Assembly (NCBI RefSeq): GCF_002310835.1
Contig: NZ_CP011042.1
Span: 480,001-512,000, forward strand
Direction: 5' to 3'
Source of the DNA: Pseudoalteromonas tetraodonis
Lineage (GTDB): Bacteria; Pseudomonadota; Gammaproteobacteria; Enterobacterales; Alteromonadaceae
Length of the DNA stretch: 32,000 bases
Part shown: positions 19,175 through 27,592 of the stretch, in pieces
Numbering within the stretch: the stretch's first letter is position 1
Layout of the letters: every line of letters starts with the position of its first letter
Made by a program: the position numbers and the translations under genes
Notes under the pieces: generated by a model
Database searches by the model: none
Told to the model about the DNA's origin: nothing
The model's input: only the letters and a program-made list of their open reading frames with translations

Positions 19175-20650
19175 ATGACAAAACGTATTTTAGAAAATAA
19201 CGCGAATAAAAAGCCATTTATGCAATGGCTGTTTTTGTTACTTGGCCCATGTGTCATGCTACTTACTTGCTTAGTTGAGCCGCCAGTAGGTATGTCGGCG
19301 GCAGCGTTTAAAACCGCAGGCTTAGCATTTTGGATGGCCTCGTGGTGGGTGAGTGAGGTAGTGCCTATTCCTGCTACTGCGTTACTCCCTTTAGTGATTT
19401 CGCCGATTGTTGATATAGCCGCGATAAAAAGTGTTGCAGCGCCTTATGCGCATCCGCTGATCTTTTTATTTTTAGGTGGCTTTTTAATCTCAATAGCGAT
19501 GGAGCGTTGGGGATTACACAAGCGTATTGCATTAAAAACAATGCTTTATGCGGGTAAAAAACCAAGCTTACAAATTTTAGCGATGATGTTAGTGACTGCA
19601 TTTTTATCAATGTGGATGTCTAATACCGCTACAGCAGTAATGATGCTACCTATCGCTTTATCTATTACCCATTTAGTTAAAAGCTCAGATCCTAGTAATG
19701 AAGGTTTTGGTAAAGCCCTTTTACTGTCGATTGCTTATGGCGCGAGTATTGGCGGTATTGCTACTTTAATCGGTACTCCACCAAATGCATTAATGGCGGC
19801 GTACCTATCAGACAGTTATCAGATTGAAATTGGCTTTGCCGAGTGGATGATTGTTGGTGTGCCTTTAGCGCTCGGTATGTTGCTGATCAGCTGGATTTGG
19901 TTAACTAAATTCACTTATAAGGTCGATGCGAATGTACAAGCGAACAAGCGTATTAATACTAAAGTGGTATTCTCTTCACAATTAAAAGACTTAGGTCTAA
20001 TGCAACGTGCTGAAAAGGGCGTGTTGTTTGTATTTGTGCTTGCCGCTATTTGTTGGATATTTAGACCTTTATTAGGCGATGTTACCGGGCTTAAAATTTC
20101 AGATACCGGTATTGCTATTGCCGCTGCATTATTACTGTTTGTACTACCGGCAAATAAAGGCAGTGATGCGCGTATTTTAGATTGGGAAAGTGCCGCTAAA
20201 GTGCCGTGGGGTGTGTTGCTTTTATTTGGTGGCGGATTAACACTTGCCTCGCAAATAAAGTCATCAGGATTAGCTGACTACATTGCCAATATGATTGAAG
20301 GGGCGAGTACTATTCCATTAGTCATGAGCATTCTTGTTGTGGTTGCGCTGATTACGTTCTTAACCGAAATAACCAGTAATACGGCAACAGCAGCAGGCTT
20401 TTTACCACTGCTAGGCCCCGTTGCTGAGTCAGTAACAGGCAGTCCGTTAGTGTGGGTTATTCCAGCTGCGATTGCGTGTAGTTGTGCGTTTATGATGCCA
20501 GTAGCCACACCACCCAATGCGATTGTGTTTGGCTCGGGTGAAATTAAAATGAAAGACATGATCCGTGCTGGCTTTGTGTTAAATATTGTCGCTATTGTTT
20601 TAATTACCTTAGTAACAATGACCATAGCAGCCCAAGTTTTTGGTTTTTAA
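19175..20650 (+). CDS. DASS/SLC13 (INDY-type) Na+-coupled di/tricarboxylate or anion symporter
   Basis: 491 aa polytopic protein with two SNT hairpin-tip motifs (MSNTATAVMM, TSNTATAAGF). Lies 11 nt after the porin stop, with AAGGG as SD. Confidence 0.8.
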   Translation: MTKRILENNANKKPFMQWLFLLLGPCVMLLTCLVEPPVGMSAAAFKTAGLAFWMASWWVSEVVPIPATALLPLVISPIVDIAAIKSVAAPYAHPLIFLFLGGFLISIAMERWGLHKRIALKTMLYAGKKPSLQILAMMLVTAFLSMWMSNTATAVMMLPIALSITHLVKSSDPSNEGFGKALLLSIAYGASIGGIATLIGTPPNALMAAYLSDSYQIEIGFAEWMIVGVPLALGMLLISWIWLTKFTYKVDANVQANKRINTKVVFSSQLKDLGLMQRAEKGVLFVFVLAAICWIFRPLLGDVTGLKISDTGIAIAAALLLFVLPANKGSDARILDWESAAKVPWGVLLLFGGGLTLASQIKSSGLADYIANMIEGASTIPLVMSILVVVALITFLTEITSNTATAAGFLPLLGPVAESVTGSPLVWVIPAAIACSCAFMMPVATPPNAIVFGSGEIKMKDMIRAGFVLNIVAIVLITLVTMTIAAQVFGF

Positions 20651-20682
20651 TAACCCACTTTAATCAACTAACAAAACAGATA

Positions 20683-20711
20683 ACCGATGCACACAAAAGC
20701 AGTGCATCGGT
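20683..20711 (+). terminator. Perfect 10-bp hairpin after the symporter gene (no U-tract)
   Basis: accgatgcac (20683-20692) pairs with gtgcatcggt (20702-20711) across a 9-nt loop. The downstream sequence is not T-rich, so intrinsic-terminator function is uncertain. Confidence 0.4.
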
Positions 20712-20838
20712 ATGCGTTCCAACCAACCTGTTGAGTGTTTTTGCAATCCTTTACCTCGTGTTGCAAAATCACTCTTTATTGCTCGAGTAACAGAACAAGG
20801 TTATAGTCTTGAAAACGTTATAAATCGGGTAGCCTATT

Positions 20839-22257
20839 TTGAACACTGACACATTATCTACAGGGTCTTTGCGTTCGCAATTTAATGAACTAAAGCATGC
20901 TTTTGAAGACACCCCTTATTTACCCATTGAGCAACGTCTTGCTTTACTCAAAAAATTACGCGCTAACATTGTAACGTTAGAGCAAGACTTGATTGCTGCA
21001 GTATCTAAAGATTTTGGATACCGAACGGCGTTCGATACCTTAGTGGGGGATATTTTGCCCACCATGCAGGGACTTGCGCATATTATTAAAAAGCTACCTC
21101 GCTGGTCTAAGCCTAGTCAGCGCAGCGCGGGGTTAAGCTTATGGCCCTCAAAAGTAAGTGTCACCTATCAGCCTATTGGTGTGGTGGGTGTGATTGCACC
21201 ATGGAACTATCCCATTCAACTAGCATTGGTACCTGTTATTACTGCGATTGCAGCGGGTAACAGGGTGATGTTAAAGCTCAGTGAATTTACGCCTAACACC
21301 AATGCCGTTATTGAAAAAATATTTGCAGATGAATTAAGCCAACACTGCACAATTATTCAAGGTGGTAGCGACGTGGCAAGTGAGTTTTCATCATTGCCGT
21401 TTGCGCATTTACTGTTTACAGGCTCGACGGCTGTTGGCAAGTTAGTTATGGCCGCGGCCAGTAAAAATTTAACGCCAGTAACATTAGAACTCGGCGGAAA
21501 ATCGCCCGTTATTGTGTTAGAAAAAGCCGATGTAAATAAAGCCGCGCGTGCTTTATTATTTGGAAAAATGGCCAATGCAGGGCAGATATGTGTAGCGCCT
21601 GACTACGTGTTTGTTCCTAAAGCAGTAGAGCATCAATTCATTAAAGCGCTTTGTACCCTTTATAAAAAACACTTTAAGCAAGGTGTTGAAGGTAAAAACC
21701 TGACCTCGATTATAAGCCCTGCACATTATCAACGTTTGCTCGGTTATTTAGAGCAAGCACAAGAGCAAGGCGCTAAAATTACTAAACCGCTTGAACAAAA
21801 CCAGCAAGATGGCGAAAAGCATCGTATGGGTCTGCATATTGTTACGCACGTAACAGATGAGATGACATTAATGCAAGAAGAGCTATTTGGTCCCATTTTA
21901 CCCATTATGAGTTACGACAAATTAGAGGACGTGCTTAATTATATTCGATTACGCGACCACCCATTAGCCCTTTACATTTTAGGTCAAGATAAACAGGCGC
22001 AACAGTACATTATTAAGCAAACACTTAGCGGAACAGTTGCGGTAAACGACACATTAATACAAGTAGCTGCCGATGATGTGCCGTTTGGTGGCGTGGGGCA
22101 TTCGGGGATGGGGCATTATCACGGCAAAGAAGGTTTTCTCACCTTTAGCCATGCAAAAAATACCTTAGTCTCTGGCTCGGTTAACCCGCGCATTGGTTTA
22201 TTACTTAAACAAAATAAATTACTGATCAAAGTGCTAAAGTGGCTTTATGTAAAATAG
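20839..22257 (+). CDS. NAD(P)-dependent aldehyde dehydrogenase, coniferyl-aldehyde-dehydrogenase-like subfamily
   Basis: 472 aa. ELGGKSP (general base Glu) and GQICVAPDY (catalytic Cys). The N-terminal region is typical of the CALDH/ALDH3-like group. TTG start, with no in-frame ATG until about residue 75. Confidence 0.85.
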   Translation: MNTDTLSTGSLRSQFNELKHAFEDTPYLPIEQRLALLKKLRANIVTLEQDLIAAVSKDFGYRTAFDTLVGDILPTMQGLAHIIKKLPRWSKPSQRSAGLSLWPSKVSVTYQPIGVVGVIAPWNYPIQLALVPVITAIAAGNRVMLKLSEFTPNTNAVIEKIFADELSQHCTIIQGGSDVASEFSSLPFAHLLFTGSTAVGKLVMAAASKNLTPVTLELGGKSPVIVLEKADVNKAARALLFGKMANAGQICVAPDYVFVPKAVEHQFIKALCTLYKKHFKQGVEGKNLTSIISPAHYQRLLGYLEQAQEQGAKITKPLEQNQQDGEKHRMGLHIVTHVTDEMTLMQEELFGPILPIMSYDKLEDVLNYIRLRDHPLALYILGQDKQAQQYIIKQTLSGTVAVNDTLIQVAADDVPFGGVGHSGMGHYHGKEGFLTFSHAKNTLVSGSVNPRIGLLLKQNKLLIKVLKWLYVK

Positions 22258-22274
22258 CCTGTAGCGTTTAAAAC

Positions 22275-22310
22275 AAAAAAGCTGAATGAATCACTTCATT
22301 CAGCTTTTTT
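22275..22310. terminator. Bidirectional rho-independent terminator between convergent genes
   Basis: gctgaatgaa (22281-22290) pairs with ttcattcagc (22295-22304). Flanked by A6 and T6. Confidence 0.9.
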
Positions 22311-22320
22311 AATAGCTAAC

Positions 22321-23052
22321 TTAAAACAGGCGTCCTTCGCCAGCATACGTTCCCGCTAAAATTTTGGTATAAATTGCATCGGCTTTTTCTTTTGCCTCAG
22401 CTACCTCTTTAGGAAGCATAGTACGTTCATCAAGTTTACGGCTGTGACTGGCTTGCATGTTGCCGTTATACTCGGCAATGGTATTCCACACATACGACAT
22501 TTCAAGATTTTTTGGCATTCCTAAGCCTTCAAAATACATCAGTGCTAAATTAAACTGCGCCAATGTGTAATTATTAGCAGCGGCTTTTTCATACCATGTT
22601 CTGGCGGCTTTATAATCTTGGCTAACACCATCGCCATTTGCGTACATTACACCTAAGTTATACTGTGCTGCGGGAAGGTTCTTATTTGCTGCTTTTTCAA
22701 ATAAGGTTATGGCCATTTGTTTGTCTAATTTAACGCCATTGCCTTCGTCATATAAAACCGCAAGTGCAAACATTGAATCTACATGGTTCTTTTTAACGGC
22801 TTGTTGGTACAGCTCAGCTGCTTTGTAATAATCACGGGTAACGCCATGGCCACCTTCGTATAGCTTACCTAATTCGTAAATACCCGGTGCATAGCCTTTG
22901 TCAGCTAAATAATTAAACTCTTTAAGTGCTTCTTCAAATTCACCCGCATTAGCAGCTCTGATCCCTTCTTCTAGTCCAGCATGAGCAAGAGGGGTAGCGA
23001 GCATAATACCGGCCAGTAGCAGTGCTTTAAAATTAGACTGTGACATAAGCAT
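22321..23052 (-). CDS. Secreted Sel1-like (TPR-family) repeat protein
   Basis: 243 aa. Signal peptide (LLLAGIMLATPLAHA). About five repeats of the G.GV..D...A..WY.KAA type. SD GGAG upstream. Confidence 0.8.
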   Translation of the reverse strand: MLMSQSNFKALLLAGIMLATPLAHAGLEEGIRAANAGEFEEALKEFNYLADKGYAPGIYELGKLYEGGHGVTRDYYKAAELYQQAVKKNHVDSMFALAVLYDEGNGVKLDKQMAITLFEKAANKNLPAAQYNLGVMYANGDGVSQDYKAARTWYEKAAANNYTLAQFNLALMYFEGLGMPKNLEMSYVWNTIAEYNGNMQASHSRKLDERTMLPKEVAEAKEKADAIYTKILAGTYAGEGRLF

Positions 23053-23362
23053 GTCTCCAAATTAGTTGTCGTTCTATGTAAGCGCCATAAAAGTAAAACT
23101 TACCTAGTGAATCTATTAGGGATAGGTAAAAAATTATGAGCTAAATTAATAACGCCAACGTTTATAACCTAGGTATACAAACGTATTAACAAGTAGTTTT
23201 AACTATAGCTCAAAAATTCTAAACTTAAGCATATAGTCATAATATAAATTGCGTTAGCTTGCGATTCTATAGAAAAATGAAAAAAATAAAAGCGAGCAAT
23301 AGCTTACATAATTACTTATGATGATTTTTGGCAACCAAAGCATCATAAAACGGGGTCTGTTA

Positions 23363-24226
23363 ATGTTAAATAATTTAAAAAATATAAAACTAAGCAAAAT
23401 TATTTTTATAACCAGTTTATTGTTTATTGCCAGTTGTTCTACTTCCTTTGCTTATAACAACCTTGGTTGGCTGTCTTCGTTTTGGATAGACGATTATGTC
23501 GACTTAAACAAAAGCCAATCAACGCAGTTAAAAGTGATTATTAATAACACCCGAGATTGGCATCGAGAGATTGAGTTACCAAAATATAAAGCCGATTTAC
23601 TCGACTTAAGGCAGTTGCTCGATAAACAAGCCGATACAGCGCAGTTAATGGCAAAAATAACACAGGTAAAGCAGCATTGGCGTAATTTACTTTTGTACGC
23701 GAGTGATCCCTTAATTGAGCTGGCAAAAACGTTAACTCCATCACAACGCAGTGAAATGGTAGAAAACATTCGTGAGCAAATTAATGATGAAATAAAAGAG
23801 CACGCTTCATTAACCAAAGAGGAGCATCAGCAGTCTCGTTTAGACAAGCAACTAGACTACTACGAACAATGGCTTGGTAAGCTCACCTCAGAGCAGCGAA
23901 CGCTAGTGTCACAAGCCAACAGTGAATATATCAGTACCAGCAATTTATGGTATGACTATAAACTAACTCGGTTAGGTGCACTTGAAGCACTGTTTAATCA
24001 GCAAACCCTTGATGATGCCCAATTTGCGCATCAGTTACGCACTATCATTACAGAACGAGAGCTGTTTATGAGTGCTGAACTCATTGAGAGAAATGAGGAA
24101 AATTTAAGGGCATACGCACAGTTGCTGGTTAAATTAAATCAAACCTTAAGCTCTAAACAAATCGCACATGTTGATGAGGAATTTGCTGACTTGGTTGGCA
24201 CAGTTAATGAACTGCTTACAGAATAG
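23363..24226 (+). CDS. Helical lipoprotein of unknown function (resembles DUF6279-type lipoproteins)
   Basis: Lipobox LLFIASCS, then the YNNLGWL..W..DYV.L...Q pattern. I prefer ATG 23363 (MLNNLK...) over the ORF-track start 23318, because it places the lipobox at a normal distance from the N-terminus. Confidence 0.6.
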   Translation: MLNNLKNIKLSKIIFITSLLFIASCSTSFAYNNLGWLSSFWIDDYVDLNKSQSTQLKVIINNTRDWHREIELPKYKADLLDLRQLLDKQADTAQLMAKITQVKQHWRNLLLYASDPLIELAKTLTPSQRSEMVENIREQINDEIKEHASLTKEEHQQSRLDKQLDYYEQWLGKLTSEQRTLVSQANSEYISTSNLWYDYKLTRLGALEALFNQQTLDDAQFAHQLRTIITERELFMSAELIERNEENLRAYAQLLVKLNQTLSSKQIAHVDEEFADLVGTVNELLTE

Positions 24227-24337
24227 CTGCATTTAACCAATCCTTTTTGCTTATTTTAAAGGGGGTTGTTAAGCATAAAATTGTGATTATTGCATTTCAG
24301 GGTTAACATAAACGATTAGTTTTGATTTAAGTTTTTT

Positions 24338-25360
24338 ATGGATATAGCCGCTCTTAACAGTACAAAAATATTACGTAAGCATGTCTTAAAATGGATGTGT
24401 TTATTTTTTGGTTTGCTGTCATTTATTTTTGCTGTGTTTAACCTATCAAAAAATCATTTTTATATTGTAGGCGGCTTAGAGGTGTGTTTTTCCGCACTTT
24501 GTTTTTATATTTTTATACAATTGGTTAAAAACAAGCAACGAAACTGGTATGCCATAACGGTTTGTATGACTGTAACGCTCGTTATATTATGTGGAACCTT
24601 TTTGGCACCACTTAAAAATGGTCTGTTTTTGTGGGCGTTTTCTTTACCCATTTTGTATTATCTACTTCTTGGTCGAAAATACGGTATTGTGTTATCGGCC
24701 ACACTTTTGGTTATGCAATCATCAGTGTTGATTTATAAATTACCAAGCCCTTATTTTTCCTCTTTTAACCTAGCGCTCAACTTACTGTTTATTTATATTA
24801 TTATATGGGTCATTTCTCATGTTTTTGAAGGAAATAGGGCCGAATTTTCGAAGCGACTTAAAAACTTGGCCTTACTTGATCCTCTCACGGGGGCAGGAAA
24901 CCGTTTATCTATGAGTCATTATTTTGAAGTGGAGATAAAAGACAAGTCACAGCTGTACTTGTTTTTAATTGATCTTGACCACTTTAAACAAATAAATGAT
25001 GAATACGGCCATGATGTAGGAGATAAAGTGCTGGTTGAGTTGGCAACTCTATTTAGGATTACTTTTGCAAAAGGGTATGTGTTTAGGGTAGGGGGTGAAG
25101 AATTTTCTTTAATGAGCAATTTTGATAGTGCACAATCCGCGCTGGCAAAGGCTGAAAATCTTAGACAAGCCGTTGCAAATAAATATATTGAAGCCAATGG
25201 TATAACCATAAATTTAACAGCCAGTGTTGGCGTTGTTAAGTACCAACAACAAAATTTGGCTGAATTAATAGCGCAAGCAGATAAGCAACTTTATAAGGCA
25301 AAAGATGCGGGGCGCAATGCGGTTTTTTCTGATATTAACCTCTGTGCAAATGCGGCTTAA
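24338..25360 (+). CDS. Membrane-bound diguanylate cyclase (GGDEF domain)
   Basis: 340 aa. About 5-6 N-terminal TM helices and a C-terminal GGDEF domain (DPLTGAGNR, DLDHFKQINDEYGH, RVGGEEF). No RxxD I-site at the canonical position. Confidence 0.85.
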   Translation: MDIAALNSTKILRKHVLKWMCLFFGLLSFIFAVFNLSKNHFYIVGGLEVCFSALCFYIFIQLVKNKQRNWYAITVCMTVTLVILCGTFLAPLKNGLFLWAFSLPILYYLLLGRKYGIVLSATLLVMQSSVLIYKLPSPYFSSFNLALNLLFIYIIIWVISHVFEGNRAEFSKRLKNLALLDPLTGAGNRLSMSHYFEVEIKDKSQLYLFLIDLDHFKQINDEYGHDVGDKVLVELATLFRITFAKGYVFRVGGEEFSLMSNFDSAQSALAKAENLRQAVANKYIEANGITINLTASVGVVKYQQQNLAELIAQADKQLYKAKDAGRNAVFSDINLCANAA

Positions 25361-26295
25361 TACATTTGATCAAAATTAGGAATACTGTTCTCCCAAATCG
25401 GTCTTTCTTTGCCAATGTATTCACGCACGGCATCAAAAAACAATCGTGTTCTTACCGGTAAATCTCGGTGTGGGTATACAGCATACATTGCACTGTGTTC
25501 CATTAATTTTACATCGGTAAGTAAGGGCACCAGTTGCCCATCAATCACTTCTTTATCTAAAATAAATGCCGGCGCTAAAAAGTAGGTGGTGCCAGAGAGG
25601 GTTTTCATCAGTAATACTTCTGCATCGTTTGCTCTAAACACACTTTTTATTTTTTGCTCGCAGTGCTCGCCAGTGTGGTTATAGTAATTTATGCCTTCTA
25701 CCCGCAGTGAGTTGCTGGCATAACTGGCCGCTGGCAATTGTGCCAAATCAGTGATTGTTATTGGCATACCGTATGTTTCTATAAACGCTGGCGCGGCTAA
25801 TAGTAACAAACGATTACGGGCAATTTTACGAGCAATTAATGATGAGTCTTTGGGTTCACCCACTCTAAACGCTAAATCAAATCCTTCAGATACAATATCA
25901 ACCAGTCGGTCATCTAAACGCAGTTCTACTTCCACTTGTGGAAAGCGTTTTTGGAAATCGTTGATCACTGGCTGTAAGTAGCGTCGACCTATTAAAGTCG
26001 ATGCGGTCACTTTTAATACGCCGCGAGGCTCTTGGTGGTAGTTTTCTGCTATGCGCACCGTTTCGCCAAGCAGGCTTCGCAGCTCACCCGCTTTTTTTAT
26101 CATTTCAGCGCCCGCTGCTGTAAGAGAGAATGAGCGGGTTGTTCTGTTTAATAGTCTTACCCCAAGTTCATCCTCTAACCGACTAATTTGCTTAGAGATC
26201 ACTGAGCGGTCAATATTTCGTATTTCGGCTGCTTTTGCAAATGAGCCTTGCTCTACCACTTCAAGCAGCATTAATAGTCGACTGGTTGTATCCAT
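25357..26295 (-). CDS. LysR-family transcriptional regulator
   Basis: N-terminal HTH (LLEVVEQGSFAKAAEIRNIDRSVISKQISRLEDELGVRLLNRTTR) plus a LysR substrate-binding domain. ATG 26295 is preferred over the GTG at 26334, because the extension would cover the operator-like palindrome. Divergent from the RND operon. Confidence 0.85.
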   Translation of the reverse strand: MDTTSRLLMLLEVVEQGSFAKAAEIRNIDRSVISKQISRLEDELGVRLLNRTTRSFSLTAAGAEMIKKAGELRSLLGETVRIAENYHQEPRGVLKVTASTLIGRRYLQPVINDFQKRFPQVEVELRLDDRLVDIVSEGFDLAFRVGEPKDSSLIARKIARNRLLLLAAPAFIETYGMPITITDLAQLPAASYASNSLRVEGINYYNHTGEHCEQKIKSVFRANDAEVLLMKTLSGTTYFLAPAFILDKEVIDGQLVPLLTDVKLMEHSAMYAVYPHRDLPVRTRLFFDAVREYIGKERPIWENSIPNFDQMY

Positions 26296-26315
26296 TATTT
26301 CATTACTTAGTGAGT

Positions 26316-26338
26316 ATTGATGCCATTTTGGCACTAAT
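26316..26338. promoter_or_regulatory. LysR-type operator candidate (T-N11-A palindrome)
   Basis: ATTGATGCCATTTTGGCACTAAT: 8 of 10 arm positions are complementary, with core T-GCCATTTTGGC-A. It lies 21-43 bp upstream of the LysR ATG and 76-98 bp upstream of the adaptor-subunit ATG. Confidence 0.45.
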
Positions 26339-26413
26339 GAATTTAAAAATCTATTGTTTTTGTCATCAAGTATGTTCCGTATTATGCAATGCTAAATTAA
26401 AAGGAGCGTCGTT

Positions 26414-27583
26414 ATGAACAAACACTTAATTGCTACAGCACTATCTGTTGCATTAATCACACTGGCCGGTTGTGCCGATGAAAGTACAGCGCAATCAGCC
26501 CCCGCACAGCAACAACAAGCTATTGATGTAGCCGAAGTCTTGGTTAAGCCAGTTCAAAGTTGGCATACCTATACAACACGCTTAGAGTCACCGCAAAAAG
26601 TGGCATTAATGCCGCGTGTATCCGGCATTATTGAGCAAATTGAATTTAAAGAAGGGGATAGCGTTAAACAAGGCGATGTATTATTTCGTTTAGACGATCG
26701 CTCATTCGCTGCAACCGTTGACAGTTTAAGCGCTCAGGTAAAAAGTGCTCAAGCAGCACTTGAACAAGCAAAAAGCGAAGCATCGCGTGCTGTACGCTTA
26801 ACTGAGCGAAAAGCCATTTCGACTGAGCAAGCACAAGCGCGTACATCGACTTTACGTCAGCGTGAAGCACAACTTGCTGCACTGCAAGCGCAGCTTAAAG
26901 CTGCAAAGCTCGATTTAGAGTTTACGTCAGTGGTTTCTCCTATTGATGGCGTGATTTCTCGCGCAAATATTACCAAAGGTAACAACGTACTTGCAGGGCA
27001 AAGCGTGCTTACTTCAATTGTTTCTAATGACAAAATGTACGCTTACTTTGATGTAGATGAACGTACTTGGAATAGCGCATTTGACGAAGTAACAGCTGCA
27101 AGCAAACAGCCTGTTGTAATGCAAAAAGTAGGGCAAGACGATTTTAACTATAGCGGCCATATTAACTTTATAGATAATCAAATTAACGCATCTACAGGCA
27201 CTTTACGCGTTCGTGCGGTATTTGATGATCGCAGTAATGAGCTGCGCTCAGGCTCATTTGCACGCATTAAGTTAGCTGCTAATGCAGTGCGTGAAACTGT
27301 CATTATTCCAGACAGAGCCATAGGCACAGATTTAAAAAATCGCTTTGTGTTAACTGTAGGCGAAAATAATGTGCTGCAATATAAATTGGTTACTGTAGGT
27401 GAGCGCTATGGACCGTTGCGAGCCATCACATCAGGACTTGAGCAAGGCGATGTTATTGCTGTAAACGGCCCTGCTCGTGTAGGACCCGGTATGCCGATAT
27501 CACCAAATAAAGTGGCAATTAATACCCAAGGCGTGGCATTTACGCTAAGTGCTAACCCTGCCGATTTAGTTGCTAAGCAATAA
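26414..27583 (+). CDS. RND efflux periplasmic adaptor (membrane fusion) lipoprotein
   Basis: 389 aa. Lipobox LAGC, coiled-coil hairpin region (QAALEQAK...LAALQAQLKAAKLDLEFT), then the VSPIDGVI motif. SD AAGGAG. Confidence 0.9.
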   Translation: MNKHLIATALSVALITLAGCADESTAQSAPAQQQQAIDVAEVLVKPVQSWHTYTTRLESPQKVALMPRVSGIIEQIEFKEGDSVKQGDVLFRLDDRSFAATVDSLSAQVKSAQAALEQAKSEASRAVRLTERKAISTEQAQARTSTLRQREAQLAALQAQLKAAKLDLEFTSVVSPIDGVISRANITKGNNVLAGQSVLTSIVSNDKMYAYFDVDERTWNSAFDEVTAASKQPVVMQKVGQDDFNYSGHINFIDNQINASTGTLRVRAVFDDRSNELRSGSFARIKLAANAVRETVIIPDRAIGTDLKNRFVLTVGENNVLQYKLVTVGERYGPLRAITSGLEQGDVIAVNGPARVGPGMPISPNKVAINTQGVAFTLSANPADLVAKQ

Positions 27584-27592
27584 GGTTATTAG

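Noticed and set aside
20741-20775. Repeated TTGCAA hexamers upstream of the aldehyde dehydrogenase, as a possible operator or -35/-10 pair
   Set aside because: One reading is TTGCAA-N17-CAAAAT, which is plausible as a weak sigma70 promoter. The evidence is too thin to annotate, and there is no dyad symmetry.
23100-23129. Inverted repeat TTACCTA...TAGGTAA in the Sel1/lipoprotein divergent intergenic region
   Set aside because: The arms are 7 bp in a very AT-rich 265-bp spacer. This is within chance expectation, and I could attach no matching known operator consensus.
26296-26334. N-terminal extension of the LysR ORF (GTG 26334); likewise the 15-codon extension of the lipoprotein ORF (23318-23362)
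   Set aside because: The extensions lack an RBS and push the HTH or the lipobox away from their usual N-terminal positions. In the LysR case the extension would also cover the operator-like palindrome. The downstream ATGs are preferred.
26329-26345. TGGCAC hexamer in the LysR/RND intergenic region as a possible sigma54 -24 element
   Set aside because: The position 10 nt downstream reads AATTT rather than TTGC, so there is no -12 GC. The hexamer is one arm of the LysR-type palindrome.
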